A stretch of DNA of 64,000 nucleotides from Candidatus Latescibacterota bacterium (GCA_964291625.2 OZ220089.1:2464001-2528000); one strand, 5' to 3'; positions 18,336-27,918 are shown, numbered from the stretch's first letter. Numbers and translations are program-made. Notes: generated from the letters alone by a model not told the origin.

Positions 18336-19831
18336 GGAGACCCGACCTGCACGAGGTCGGCGGTGATCTCCGCCTCCACCTCCTCGTCGAGGGGGTAGAT
18401 CGGCCGGGTCACGTTGCGGTAGGGCAGGGACCGCAGGTTGGCGCTCGTCGACCCCGGGCAGTCGACGGGGACGATGCGGTCGGCGATGGCCTCGTAGTAG
18501 GTGCGGAACCCGTTCGGGCTCTTGCAGACTACGAGGTCGAAATCCACCGGGTTCAGCCCTCTCGACTCGAAGACGCGGCGGCCCATGATCGAGACGGGAA
18601 ACTCCGTCGTCATGACGACCGTACCGCCGCTCACCAGGACCGCCGTCCGGCCCGCCCTCGAGGCCTCCCCCGACTCGGTGCGGAAGTGGCCATCGTGGAG
18701 GCTCTGCACGTAGACCTCGCACTCCACCGGCTGGTGCCGCTCGCGGTCGACCGTGCCGCCCAGGGGCACGGTGAGGCGGCTGCCGACGCCGCGCGCGAAG
18801 GCCGCCTCCACGGCGGGAGCATCGACCAGGGGCAGCAGGGCCCGCTTGCGGTACCCGGCCTCGATGAGACACCTCAGGATCCAGTTGCTGTCCCCCGAGG
18901 CGCCGCTGGAAGTCGCGTCCGCCGCGTCGGAGAACACGGTCAGCCCGGGCTCGCGGGCAGCCGCGGCCACGGCCTCTTCCACCGAGACCAGCTCGGCCTG
19001 CATGCTCCCGCGGTGCTCCCACATGAAGCGGGCCAGTTCCTCGGCCAGGTCGCGGGCCATCTGCGGCTCCCCGTCGCTGGTGACGAGGGTGTTGGAGCGC
19101 AGCTCCGGCACGTCGGTGAAGGGGTTGCCGATGTTGACCAGCGCCGACAGCCCCTTCTGCCCGGCCTCGAAGGCCTTGCAGCGGTCGATGGCCCGGCCGA
19201 AGAGCCCGGTCTCCGTGATCAGCTCGTCGCCGCGCACCAGCATGGGAAGCTTCACCCGGGCCGTCGCCGGCCGCACGCCGCCACGCAGCAGCCGCACCAG
19301 CACGGCCGCAGCACGCTGTCCCGTCCGGCGCATGTCGGTATGCGGATAGGTGTGGAGGGCCACGGTGACGTCGGCCGAGCGCACCAGGCGGTCCGTCAGA
19401 ATGGCGTGCAGGTCGTAGGAGGCGACGATCGGCTTGTCCCCCATCATGCTCCGCACCTGCTCCAGGATCCGGCCCTCCGGGTCGTGCTCCTCGCAGCCGG
19501 CCATGGCGCCGTGGAAGGCGATGTAGGCCCCGTCGGCGTCCTTCGCCGCGGCGATCGCCTCCAGCATCTCGTCGGTCATGCCGTCGAGGTCAGGGGCCGG
19601 CACGGGCCCGCCCGAGGTCACGGAGGACGCCCCGTAGGTGGGGACCACGTCGACCCCCTCCCGGCTGAAGACGTCGAGGCCGCCGGCGATGTAGGTGTTG
19701 GTCCCCGCGTAGCGCTCGATCAACTCCCCGCCTTGGGAGATGTCGAAGCGGTCCCGGGTGGTGAGGCCGGGGTTGAAGTGGGACGTCTCCTGGAAGAAGA
19801 AGGCGGTCAGGACCTTCCGGCGCGCCGTCAT
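18332..19831 (-). CDS. M81-family metallopeptidase (MlrC-like)
   Basis: QETSHF, FHGAM, YDLHA, TYPHTD, DATSSGASGD, VCKS; GGAGG upstream of ATG 19831. Confidence 0.88.
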   Translation of the reverse strand: MTARRKVLTAFFFQETSHFNPGLTTRDRFDISQGGELIERYAGTNTYIAGGLDVFSREGVDVVPTYGASSVTSGGPVPAPDLDGMTDEMLEAIAAAKDADGAYIAFHGAMAGCEEHDPEGRILEQVRSMMGDKPIVASYDLHAILTDRLVRSADVTVALHTYPHTDMRRTGQRAAAVLVRLLRGGVRPATARVKLPMLVRGDELITETGLFGRAIDRCKAFEAGQKGLSALVNIGNPFTDVPELRSNTLVTSDGEPQMARDLAEELARFMWEHRGSMQAELVSVEEAVAAAAREPGLTVFSDAADATSSGASGDSNWILRCLIEAGYRKRALLPLVDAPAVEAAFARGVGSRLTVPLGGTVDRERHQPVECEVYVQSLHDGHFRTESGEASRAGRTAVLVSGGTVVMTTEFPVSIMGRRVFESRGLNPVDFDLVVCKSPNGFRTYYEAIADRIVPVDCPGSTSANLRSLPYRNVTRPIYPLDEEVEAEITADLVQVGSP

Positions 19832-20202
19832 CCTCCGCTCCGTTTCACCCGCCAGCCCCGCTCCTCCAGGGCCCGCACCAAGCGGTCCCGGTGGTCCCCC
19901 TGGATCTCGACGATCCCGTCCCGCACGGTGCCGCCCGCCCCGCACAGGGCCTTCAGCTCCCTGGCCAGCGCCTCCAGCTCATCGCCGCGGACCGTCAGGC
20001 CCGTCAGGATCGTCACCCCCTTGCCCTTGCGGCCTTTGGTCTCCCGGCCGACGCGGACGATGCCGTCCGCCGGTGCAGCCTGCGCGGCTGGCCTCCCCGT
20101 GCCGCCACGCCGCGTGTCCCTCCGACCCTTGGGCCTCTCCCCGCGGACGTCGCCAGTGCCGGTGGAGTAGACCAGCTCCGAGTTGCGGTTCCGCGCCTTC
20201 AT
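19828..20202 (-). CDS. yciH: Translation initiation factor SUI1/eIF1 homolog
   Basis: LVYST...ETKGRKGKGVT...LKALCGAGGTVRDGIVEIQGDHR...KRSGG. Confidence 0.93.
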   Translation of the reverse strand: MKARNRNSELVYSTGTGDVRGERPKGRRDTRRGGTGRPAAQAAPADGIVRVGRETKGRKGKGVTILTGLTVRGDELEALARELKALCGAGGTVRDGIVEIQGDHRDRLVRALEERGWRVKRSGG

Positions 20203-21027
20203 CGGAAGTAGAGCCTCCGGGCCGTGCCGCCGAGGATGTGCTCGCGGTCCTCTGCGGTGAAGTAGTCGATCATCTCCGCCATGATCAGGTACTCGTAGTA
20301 GTTGGCCCACAGCATCCGCTCGGGGCCGAAGGCGTCGTAGACCCGGCGCAGGTACGGCCACATGTCGCGGAAGGGCAGCCCCTGGCGGGACGGGTTGTGG
20401 AGCGAGGTGCGGATGTGGACGTTCGGCAGCCGGTGCAGGTCCAGGAGGGGGCCGATGCCCTCCTCGTCCGGGCGCCCGATGTCCATCATGGCGAAGTGGT
20501 CGATGACGACGTCGACGCCGGGGTGCCGGTCCGCCATGTCGGCCACCTGGCCGATCTGCTCCGGGGCGAGGAAGATGTTGAAGGTGGCGCCGAGGTCGGC
20601 GGCCTTGCGCCACAGGGGATCGCAGACCGGGTCGTTCAGCCAGACGGCCTCGCGGTCGTAGATCGGGCTCAGCCGCAGCCCGGCGAGCCCGCCTTCGGCG
20701 ACCAGCTCCTCCAGCCGCTCGGCGTTGCGCCTCTCCATCGGCGGGGGGAAAGAGCCGGGCGCCGACGAGGAGGCCGATCGCCGCGAACCGTTCCGGCCAG
20801 CGCTTCACGCAGTGCACGGCGTAGTCGTTGTTGCGGCCGTAGTAGCAGACGTGGCTGATCACGGTGCGGTCGACGCCGTGTTGCTGCATCAGCGCGATCA
20901 GGTCCTCCCCCGACTGCTCGTGATCGGGCCTCGCCCGCGGGCAGCTGGAGACGGCCGGATCGATGGGGAAGCGGTCGTCGTGCAGGACCCAGGCGTGCTC
21001 GGCGCCGTCGATGACGGGCGCGCTCAC
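20199..21027 (-). pseudogene. Divergent amidohydrolase with a +1 frameshift near 20730-20750 (pseudogene or assembly error)
   Basis: N-half (VIDGAEHAW, GVDRTV, YYGRNNDY) in the frame of 21027; C-half (GLRL, VIDHFA, AFGPERMLWA) in the frame of 20738; junction lies next to a T3C6 run. Confidence 0.78.
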
Positions 21028-22883
21028 CCGCTCACCCCCCAGGAGTAGACGTGGGAACCGCTGCCGAAGTAGACGCGGCCGTCGAGGTGATCGCCGCCGG
21101 GACCGATGGGCACCGGCGACTCGGCCCGCATGCGGATGCCGAAGCGCTCGGCGCCCGCCCCCTCGTCGACGATCTCGGCCACGCCCCGCCGCAGCAGCGC
21201 GAAGCGCTCACCGGCCGGGCCGGTGACGAAGACCCGCGGCCCCTGCTGGCCGCAGGTCCGCCCAAGCTGCGCCTCCACGTCCAGCTCCTGCACAATCTGC
21301 CGCGACCCCGGGTCGAAGGCGAAGAGCCGCGCCGAGTCGGCGAACCCGAGGACCAGGCCGTCCGGCCCCAGGGACAGGTCCGTGTACGACGAGACCCCTT
21401 CCAGGACCACCCCGCGCCAGGTCACCGCTCCCTCGTCGAGGTCGACGATGACCATCTCCGCCCGCTCCGCCTTCTGCTCGCCGCCGGTGCCGGGGGCCAC
21501 CGTCATGCCCACCAGCACCTGCCCGCCGGGCAGCTCCGCCAGACTGTGGGGCGCCTGCTCCGGCACCAACTCCGTGTGCTCCAGAAGCTTCCCCTCCTTC
21601 GCGATGCGGTCCCAGATCAGCAGGCCGCCGCCGGTGTACCCGTACCCCGGGGTGCCGCCGAGGACGACCCGCCGGCCGTCGGCCGTGGCCAGCAGGCAGT
21701 GGGGGCGGTTGATCGCCGGCGAGCACTGGGTCCACCAGCGCGGGTTGCCGCTCTCGTCGCCCTTCTCGGTGGCCACCCATTCCCGCGCCGGCTCCCACTC
21801 AAGCAGGAAGCCGCCCCCATAGCCGCCGACGAAGAAGCGGTCGGCGGTGGCGCGCACCGTGTTCCACTGGCCGTAGGCTTCGCGGTTCGTCCACTCGTCG
21901 GCGGCGGGGTCGTAGCGGAAGAACCGCATCGGAAAAGCGGTGCCGCCGCAGATCGTGCCGTCCGGCGCCGCCGCCAGGCCCATGATGTGGGCCCCCTCGC
22001 TGGTGTAGTCGAAGGCCATCTCGCGGCGGCTGCCGTCCGTCTCCTGGACGACCATCCGCTTCTCCACGGTGTCGCAGACCAGCAGCTTCGCCCCGTCCGG
22101 GAAGTCGCGGTGGAACAGCCCCTGGCTGCCGGTGATGATCGCCTTCGGCCGGCGGTTCTCGTGGCGCCCGATCGCCTCGGCCTCTCCCCGGTAGAGCCGC
22201 AACCACTCCCCCTCGGCGCCGGCCCTCGCCTGGCCGTAGACGCGTCCGTCCTCGTCGCGGTAGACGTGGGCCGAGCCCTGGTGGCGCTCCTCCTCGGCCA
22301 GCAGCGGCCTCGCCTCGCCGCCGTCCGGCTCGAGGGCCACGATCTGGCTCGAGGTGTTGCCCACGGCGAAGTAGATCCAGCCGCTGTCGTCGGCGGCGAT
22401 GGTGCGCTGGTACTGGCGCCAGTTCTGGTGGTACACGTGTCCGTAGTCGCGGAAGGCGCGCACCGCCGGATCGAAGCAGGCGACGCCGGAGTCCGGGTAG
22501 CTGGCCAGCCAGATGCGGCCGTCGTCGTCTTCGGTCATGCCCATCGCCATCTGCGGCACCGTGCGGTGGTGGAAGGTGAACTCTCCGGCCGCCGGATCGT
22601 ACTCGCAGAAGTGGCTGTTGAAGTGGGTGTAGAACCGGTTCCGGGTCGACAGGATCGAGGCGAAGGGGCAGTCGCCGCCCGGGTCGAAGGGCACGGGCAC
22701 CTCCAGGGACTCGCCGGTGCCCGCGTCGATCTGCAGCAGCGCGTAGCAGCCGCGGTGGTCGTAGAGCCAGAGCAGCACCACGTTGCGGCCGCCGCCGTCG
22801 ACCGTGGCCGCCGTCCCGCGGTGGTTGCTCACCGGTGTGGCCACCCCGTGGTGGAGGAAGCCGTTGCCCAGATCTTCTCTCAT
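21024..22883 (-). CDS. Hypothetical multi-bladed beta-propeller protein (619 aa)
   Basis: Repeated blade signatures: DDDGRIW, DDSGWIY, DEDGRVY, APDGTI, GPDGLV, xxYDP/xxFDP; no obvious signal peptide. Confidence 0.7.
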   Translation of the reverse strand: MREDLGNGFLHHGVATPVSNHRGTAATVDGGGRNVVLLWLYDHRGCYALLQIDAGTGESLEVPVPFDPGGDCPFASILSTRNRFYTHFNSHFCEYDPAAGEFTFHHRTVPQMAMGMTEDDDGRIWLASYPDSGVACFDPAVRAFRDYGHVYHQNWRQYQRTIAADDSGWIYFAVGNTSSQIVALEPDGGEARPLLAEEERHQGSAHVYRDEDGRVYGQARAGAEGEWLRLYRGEAEAIGRHENRRPKAIITGSQGLFHRDFPDGAKLLVCDTVEKRMVVQETDGSRREMAFDYTSEGAHIMGLAAAPDGTICGGTAFPMRFFRYDPAADEWTNREAYGQWNTVRATADRFFVGGYGGGFLLEWEPAREWVATEKGDESGNPRWWTQCSPAINRPHCLLATADGRRVVLGGTPGYGYTGGGLLIWDRIAKEGKLLEHTELVPEQAPHSLAELPGGQVLVGMTVAPGTGGEQKAERAEMVIVDLDEGAVTWRGVVLEGVSSYTDLSLGPDGLVLGFADSARLFAFDPGSRQIVQELDVEAQLGRTCGQQGPRVFVTGPAGERFALLRRGVAEIVDEGAGAERFGIRMRAESPVPIGPGGDHLDGRVYFGSGSHVYSWGVSG

Positions 22884-24157
22884 GATGTCCTCCCGGCGCG
22901 CACCACGCCGCCGTCCTTGACCCGCTCCCAGAGACCTGCCCACTCCTTGGTGCCGTCGTCCTCCCGGGCCGGCTCCACCCGCACGCCCTCCGACCATCCC
23001 GGGCCAGCCTCCGCCATCCCGGCGCCCATGACGCCGGTGTGCACCCGGGTCCCGTCCGGGAAGACCACGGTGTTGATGATCCGAGGCCTCGGGTGGACGT
23101 AGACCTGCCCCGGCGCCAGCGCGTCGAGCGCCTGCCCGGGCACGCGGAACCGCTCCACCGCCTCCTCGTCGATCTCGACGCCCAGTCTCGGGCCCTCGGG
23201 CACGGGCTGGTAGCCGCCGCTCACGGTCACCGGCTTCGTCAGCAGATGATCGGTGTAGAGGTTGATGCAGCTGATCGTCGGCCAGGTGGCGTGGCTGAGC
23301 ACGGCGCCGAGATGGGCGGCCCAGGTGGTGGTCAGGCCGTTGCCGACCAGCTGCAGCCAGAACGGCATCTGGGCCCCGGCGGCCAGCGCCCCCTGGCCCA
23401 TCACCCGGGAGGCCCCGCCGTTGATCACGAAGCCGTCGCAGACCTCCTCGCGAACGGCCGTGACGTAGGGCGGATTGCCGAAGTGCATGGCGATGGGCCG
23501 CGGCACCGAGCGGCGGATCTGGCGGTTCCCGGCCACGTCGTTCTGGGGGATCGGCGTCTCGAACATGGCCACCCGGTCGCAGGCGGCCAGGCGGGTCAGC
23601 ACCGGCACGGCCTGGGCGGCGTTGACCAGCATGCCGTTGGGGTCCAGATCCAGCTTGAAGTGGGGCGGCGTGGCCCCCGTCACCGCCTCGACCTGGGCGT
23701 ACACGTCCCACCAAGGGCGCGGCTTGTTCTTGAAACTGGTGTACCCGGCGGCCACCGCGTCCCGGGCCTCGGCGGCCCAGTCCTCCGGCGAGGCGTGGCT
23801 GCACCACCACGAGATCGGCGTGGCATCCCGCACCCTGGCGCCCAGCAGCCGGTGCACCGGGACCTCGGCGATCCGTCCCACGAGGTCGAAGAGGGCCATC
23901 TGCAGGCCGGCGCCCAGGCCGTCGTCCCACAGCAGCTCCGCCGCGCTGCCGCCGGTGACGCGGCGGACGCCTGCGTCGGTCACCCGCTGATGGGTGTAGT
24001 GGACGACGGTCTCGCCCCAGCCCACGTGGCCGCTCTCGGCCGTGACGCGGCACAGCTCCAGGATCGACCAGTTGTACACGGTGCGCTGCGTGATGCGCTG
24101 CTGGCGTTCGGTGAACGGCACGTCCACCAGGATCCGCTCCACTTCTCTCACTCTCAT
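22880..24157 (-). CDS. Enolase-superfamily (MR/MLE) enzyme, atypical active site
   Basis: GWGET, MALFDLVGR, FKNK, LDPN, FETP, PEGPRLGVEID. Confidence 0.85.
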   Translation of the reverse strand: MRVREVERILVDVPFTERQQRITQRTVYNWSILELCRVTAESGHVGWGETVVHYTHQRVTDAGVRRVTGGSAAELLWDDGLGAGLQMALFDLVGRIAEVPVHRLLGARVRDATPISWWCSHASPEDWAAEARDAVAAGYTSFKNKPRPWWDVYAQVEAVTGATPPHFKLDLDPNGMLVNAAQAVPVLTRLAACDRVAMFETPIPQNDVAGNRQIRRSVPRPIAMHFGNPPYVTAVREEVCDGFVINGGASRVMGQGALAAGAQMPFWLQLVGNGLTTTWAAHLGAVLSHATWPTISCINLYTDHLLTKPVTVSGGYQPVPEGPRLGVEIDEEAVERFRVPGQALDALAPGQVYVHPRPRIINTVVFPDGTRVHTGVMGAGMAEAGPGWSEGVRVEPAREDDGTKEWAGLWERVKDGGVVRAGRTS

Positions 24158-25440
24158 GGGATCAACCTCCCGACGTCGTCGCCGCTGGCCTGGCACCAGG
24201 CCCGCAGCCGCTCGCGGCAGGCCTCCAACTCATCGCCGTGGCGGGCCTCCACGGCGAGGTTGACCATCTCCCCCGGGTCGGAGTCCAGGTCGACGAGCTG
24301 CTCCCGGCCGCGGCCGAGGGCGTAGACGCTGTACTTGCGGCGCTCGCCCACCAGGGCCCGGGCCAGCGCCGGTCCGCCGGGGCCGTCGCCGATGCCTGTG
24401 ATCGTCTCCACCACCAACTCCCGCCGCCAGTCCGGGGGCGGCTCTCCCGCCAGCAGGGGCCCGAGGCTGCGCCCCGCCAGGTCCTCGGGGGCCTCGGCGC
24501 CGGCGGCCTCGCAGATCGTCGGCAGCAGGTCGAGTCCGTTGGAGACCAGCCGCTCCTCCACGCGGCCTCCTCCCCGCACGCCGGGGCCGCGGGCCAGCAG
24601 CGGCACCCGGATCACCTCCTCCCACAAGGCCGTCTTGCCGTTCCAGCGGTGGGCGCCGTGACCGTCGCCGTGATCTGAGGTGAGCAGGATCAGGGTGTCG
24701 TCCCACCGCCCGGCGTCGCGCACCGCCTCCAGGAGGCGGCCGATCTCGGCGTCCACCTTCTCCACGATGCGGAAGTACTGGTGCCGGAAGCGCCGCCACT
24801 CCTCGGCCGTGAATCCCGCCGCCGCGTAGACCCGCCGCGTGTGGGCCTGCACCCAGCGGAGGATCTCCGGGCCGTACGGCGGCTCCTCGAGGTTGGCCGG
24901 CAGGTTCGGGCACTCGGCCAGCGACGCCGGCCCGGGCACCGGCCCCTGGGGCAGCGGCTGCGAGCGCGCCAGCTGGCAGACGTCGTGGGGATTCAGGAAG
25001 GAGGCGAAGAGGAAGAAGGGCTCCCCGCCGGACCTCAGGAACCCGGCCGAGGCCTCGGGGATCTCGTCGTCCCGGGGCCCGCACAGCACCTCCAGGCCGG
25101 CCTCCTCCGGCGTGATGCCGGGGACGTGCCACTTGCCGGCCAGGGCGCCGCGGTACCCGGCGCCGCGCAGCAGGCGGCCCAGCGTCTGCCCGTGGAGGGC
25201 CTCGCGCAGCGGCTCGTGGTTGCTGGTGACGCCCGTCTCGTGGGGCATGCGGCCGGTGACGTAGCTCGACCGAGCCGGCGCGCACAGGGGATGGGTGCAG
25301 TAGGCCCGGGAGAAGCGCACCCCTTCAACCGCCAGGAGATCCATGTTGGGCGTGCGCAGATCCTGGTTGCCGGCGCAACTGATGGCCGAAGACGACTGCT
25401 GATCGGTGCTGATCAGCAGGATGTTGGGCCGCTCCTTCAA
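24154..25440 (-). CDS. Cys-type sulfatase
   Basis: RPNILLISTDQ, CAPAR (CxPxR), GKWH, NPHD, TSDHG; TTG start overlaps upstream stop. Confidence 0.92.
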   Translation of the reverse strand: MKERPNILLISTDQQSSSAISCAGNQDLRTPNMDLLAVEGVRFSRAYCTHPLCAPARSSYVTGRMPHETGVTSNHEPLREALHGQTLGRLLRGAGYRGALAGKWHVPGITPEEAGLEVLCGPRDDEIPEASAGFLRSGGEPFFLFASFLNPHDVCQLARSQPLPQGPVPGPASLAECPNLPANLEEPPYGPEILRWVQAHTRRVYAAAGFTAEEWRRFRHQYFRIVEKVDAEIGRLLEAVRDAGRWDDTLILLTSDHGDGHGAHRWNGKTALWEEVIRVPLLARGPGVRGGGRVEERLVSNGLDLLPTICEAAGAEAPEDLAGRSLGPLLAGEPPPDWRRELVVETITGIGDGPGGPALARALVGERRKYSVYALGRGREQLVDLDSDPGEMVNLAVEARHGDELEACRERLRAWCQASGDDVGRLIP

Positions 25441-26195
25441 GCGACGCCGACGCTCTTCAGGTGGTTGACGCAGCGGGCCACCTTGGCCGCCAGGTCGTCC
25501 GGGGCCCGGCGATCGAAGACGGGCCCCTCCAGCTCCATGCAGCAGGCGGACCCGTACCCGGCCTCGCCGAGGACCTCGTAGACCTCGGCGAAGTCGACGA
25601 CGCCCTCGCCGAAGACCGGGAAGTCGTGGTCGTGGTAGCCGCCGCTGGTCTCCTTCAGGTGCACGCCGCGCACGTGGGAGACGCAGCGGCGAAGCTGATC
25701 GACGGTGTCGATGCCGTGGTTGTAGTAGTGGACGTTGGCCGTGTCGTAGTTGACGCCAACCCAGGGGTGGTCGACGGCGGCCATGGTCGCCTCCATGCGG
25801 TCGGCGTTGGTGCACAACTCCGGGTGGGTCTCCAGGGCCAGGTACACCTCGTGGGGGCCGACGGCGTCGCCCAGCCTGCGCAGCCGCTCGCCGGCCTCGG
25901 CCAGGGAGATGCCCTCGCCGCCGGCGCTGGCGAACAGGTAGTCGGCCCCGAGATCGGCTGCCACCGCCGCCTGGGCGGCCATCCGCGCCGGCAGGCCGTC
26001 GTCCTCCAGAGGACAGAGGACGCTCAGGGAGGTCACCCGAAGGCCGTGCGGCTCCAGCGCCGCCGACGCCGCCGGCGCCGTGAGGCCATCGCTCCAGACC
26101 ATCTCGATGCCCTGCACCCCGGTCTCGGCGATGCGGGCCCAGGGCAGACTCGGGCCCTCCAGGGTTCCAGCGCGGTAGGACAGCAGGTTGCTCAC
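25437..26195 (-). CDS. Sugar phosphate isomerase/epimerase (xylose isomerase-like TIM barrel)
   Basis: LETH, NYDTAN, VHLKE, GEGVVDF, MELE; GGAGGGAG upstream of GTG. Confidence 0.88.
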   Translation of the reverse strand: MSNLLSYRAGTLEGPSLPWARIAETGVQGIEMVWSDGLTAPAASAALEPHGLRVTSLSVLCPLEDDGLPARMAAQAAVAADLGADYLFASAGGEGISLAEAGERLRRLGDAVGPHEVYLALETHPELCTNADRMEATMAAVDHPWVGVNYDTANVHYYNHGIDTVDQLRRCVSHVRGVHLKETSGGYHDHDFPVFGEGVVDFAEVYEVLGEAGYGSACCMELEGPVFDRRAPDDLAAKVARCVNHLKSVGVA

Positions 26196-26375
26196 GGATC
26201 TCCCTCCCTCTCTTCGCCCGGACCGGGATTCGGACCGGCGGCAGCCAAAGAAGCGGCCCTTCCCACCCGCCCACAACCCGTGAGGTTGCCGCCGCAGTGC
26301 CCGCCGGGTTTCCTTTGCCGATGGCCGTCCCCCTGATCGCGCCGCCCGTTCCGTCCCCGGACCCAAGGAACCCCG

Positions 26376-27116
26376 ATGAGCCCTCTCGACCCCGGACAGA
26401 TCGACCTCTTCAAGCGCCAGGGATACCTCGTCCTCGAGGGGCTGGTCGACCCGGAGACGCTCTCCGCCTGGCGCGACCAGTTCTGGTCCCATGTCGGCGC
26501 CGACCGCGGCGACCCGGCCACCTGGCCCGAGGACTACGTGATCCAGGGCTTCTCCGTCGACCCGCCCCTTGGACAGTTGCCGCGCATGCGGGCGATCATC
26601 GAGCAGCTCGGCGGCGGCATGTTCGGCGGCGGCGGCGGGTCGATGCTGGTGAAATGGCCGGGCCCCGAAGACGCCGCCTGGCAGATGCCGGACTCCGGCC
26701 ATATCGATGGCTACGGCCCGGGCGGCTGGAGCGGCGGCTTCATGCTCGGCGCGACCACGTACATGGACGACGTCGAGCCCGGCGGCGGCGGCTTCGTCTA
26801 CTGGCCCCGCAGCCACGGGCCGGTGCAGGCCTACTTCCGGGAGCACCCGGAGCAGATCGACGGCACTTTCCGTGACCGGGACGACTGGGAGGAACGGCAG
26901 TGGGGGCTGTTCTCGGACGAGTCACCCGACCCGCCCGCCGAGTTCACCGGCCGGGCGGGCGACGTCATCCTCTGGCACTGCTTCCTCTGTCACACGGGAT
27001 CGGGGAACGTGCGGAATCGCCCCAGGCTGGGCGTCTTCGCGCGCTGGCACCGCACCGACCGGGAGGAGATGAAGTACGACGTGCCGGAGGACCTGTGGAA
27101 GTACTGGGCGGTCTGA
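26376..27116 (+). CDS. PhyH-family dioxygenase
   Basis: FKRQGYL, GHIDG (HxD), AGDVILWH..CHTG, RPR; SD AAGGA. Confidence 0.88.
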   Translation: MSPLDPGQIDLFKRQGYLVLEGLVDPETLSAWRDQFWSHVGADRGDPATWPEDYVIQGFSVDPPLGQLPRMRAIIEQLGGGMFGGGGGSMLVKWPGPEDAAWQMPDSGHIDGYGPGGWSGGFMLGATTYMDDVEPGGGGFVYWPRSHGPVQAYFREHPEQIDGTFRDRDDWEERQWGLFSDESPDPPAEFTGRAGDVILWHCFLCHTGSGNVRNRPRLGVFARWHRTDREEMKYDVPEDLWKYWAV

Positions 27117-27129
27117 GCCGCGGCCCGGA

Positions 27130-27918
27130 TCAGGCCGCCAGGGCGCCCTCCCCGAAGACGACCGGATAGGCGGCGCCGCTGCTGCACACGGTGGCCGCCT
27201 CCATGTAGCAGACGCTGAAGGCGCGCCTCGACTGCCGCGTGCGGTTCACGCCCGAGGAGTGCAGCAGGTGGTTGTGCAGCAGCGCCACCTCCCCGGCCTC
27301 CATCACCAGGGGCTCGATGTCGGAGCGGGATGCGATCTCCGCCGCCATCTCCTCGGTGAGGAACCCGGATCCGTGCTCGGGGTTGAGCAGCCGCCGGTGC
27401 GACCCGGGCACGATCTGCACGCAGCCGTTCTCCGGGGTCGCCGGGTCCAGCGCCGTCCACACCGTGACCAGGGGATCCCGGTCGAGGGCCGTCCACCGGT
27501 CCTGGTGCCAGATCAGGTGCGACCCGAGGCCGGAGGGCTTGTTCATGAACATGGCGCGGTAGCAGGCGACCGCCGTCTCCTCGCCGTAGGTCCTCCCGCA
27601 GACGTGGCGGAACAAGGGCTTCTGCAGGTAGGCGAGGAACAACGGATCGATCTCGAGATTCTGGATCTTGCGATAGGCCAGGGTGGCTCCCTTGTGGCCC
27701 TTGGACTGCGGACCGGGCCTCGAGTCGGGGCCGTCCGAGCGGTCCAACTGCATCATCACCTCGTCGTAGTCGATCCCGGCCGTGCCCAGCATGATCTCGT
27801 CGATTCGCCGCTGCAGGCCGGCGATCTCCGCGGCCTCGGCCCGGCCCAGGCGCAGGTACCCCCGCTCCTGGAAGTCGATCCACTGTCGGTCGGTGATGCG
27901 GTCAGCGAGCATGGTCAT
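27130..27918 (-). CDS. PhyH-family dioxygenase
   Basis: FQERGYL, WHQD, NGCVQIVPGSH, LHSSG, RRA. Confidence 0.92.
   Translation of the reverse strand: MTMLADRITDRQWIDFQERGYLRLGRAEAAEIAGLQRRIDEIMLGTAGIDYDEVMMQLDRSDGPDSRPGPQSKGHKGATLAYRKIQNLEIDPLFLAYLQKPLFRHVCGRTYGEETAVACYRAMFMNKPSGLGSHLIWHQDRWTALDRDPLVTVWTALDPATPENGCVQIVPGSHRRLLNPEHGSGFLTEEMAAEIASRSDIEPLVMEAGEVALLHNHLLHSSGVNRTRQSRRAFSVCYMEAATVCSSGAAYPVVFGEGALAA

Noticed and set aside
14576-19831. Microcystin degradation (mlr) cluster
   Set aside because: Only MlrC-family genes are present; no mlrA, mlrB or mlrD equivalents
19828-21027. 399-aa amidohydrolase-SUI1 fusion protein in the ORF track
   Set aside because: The middle part is off-frame Arg/Pro/Gly-rich sequence; better explained as a frameshifted amidohydrolase plus a separate yciH
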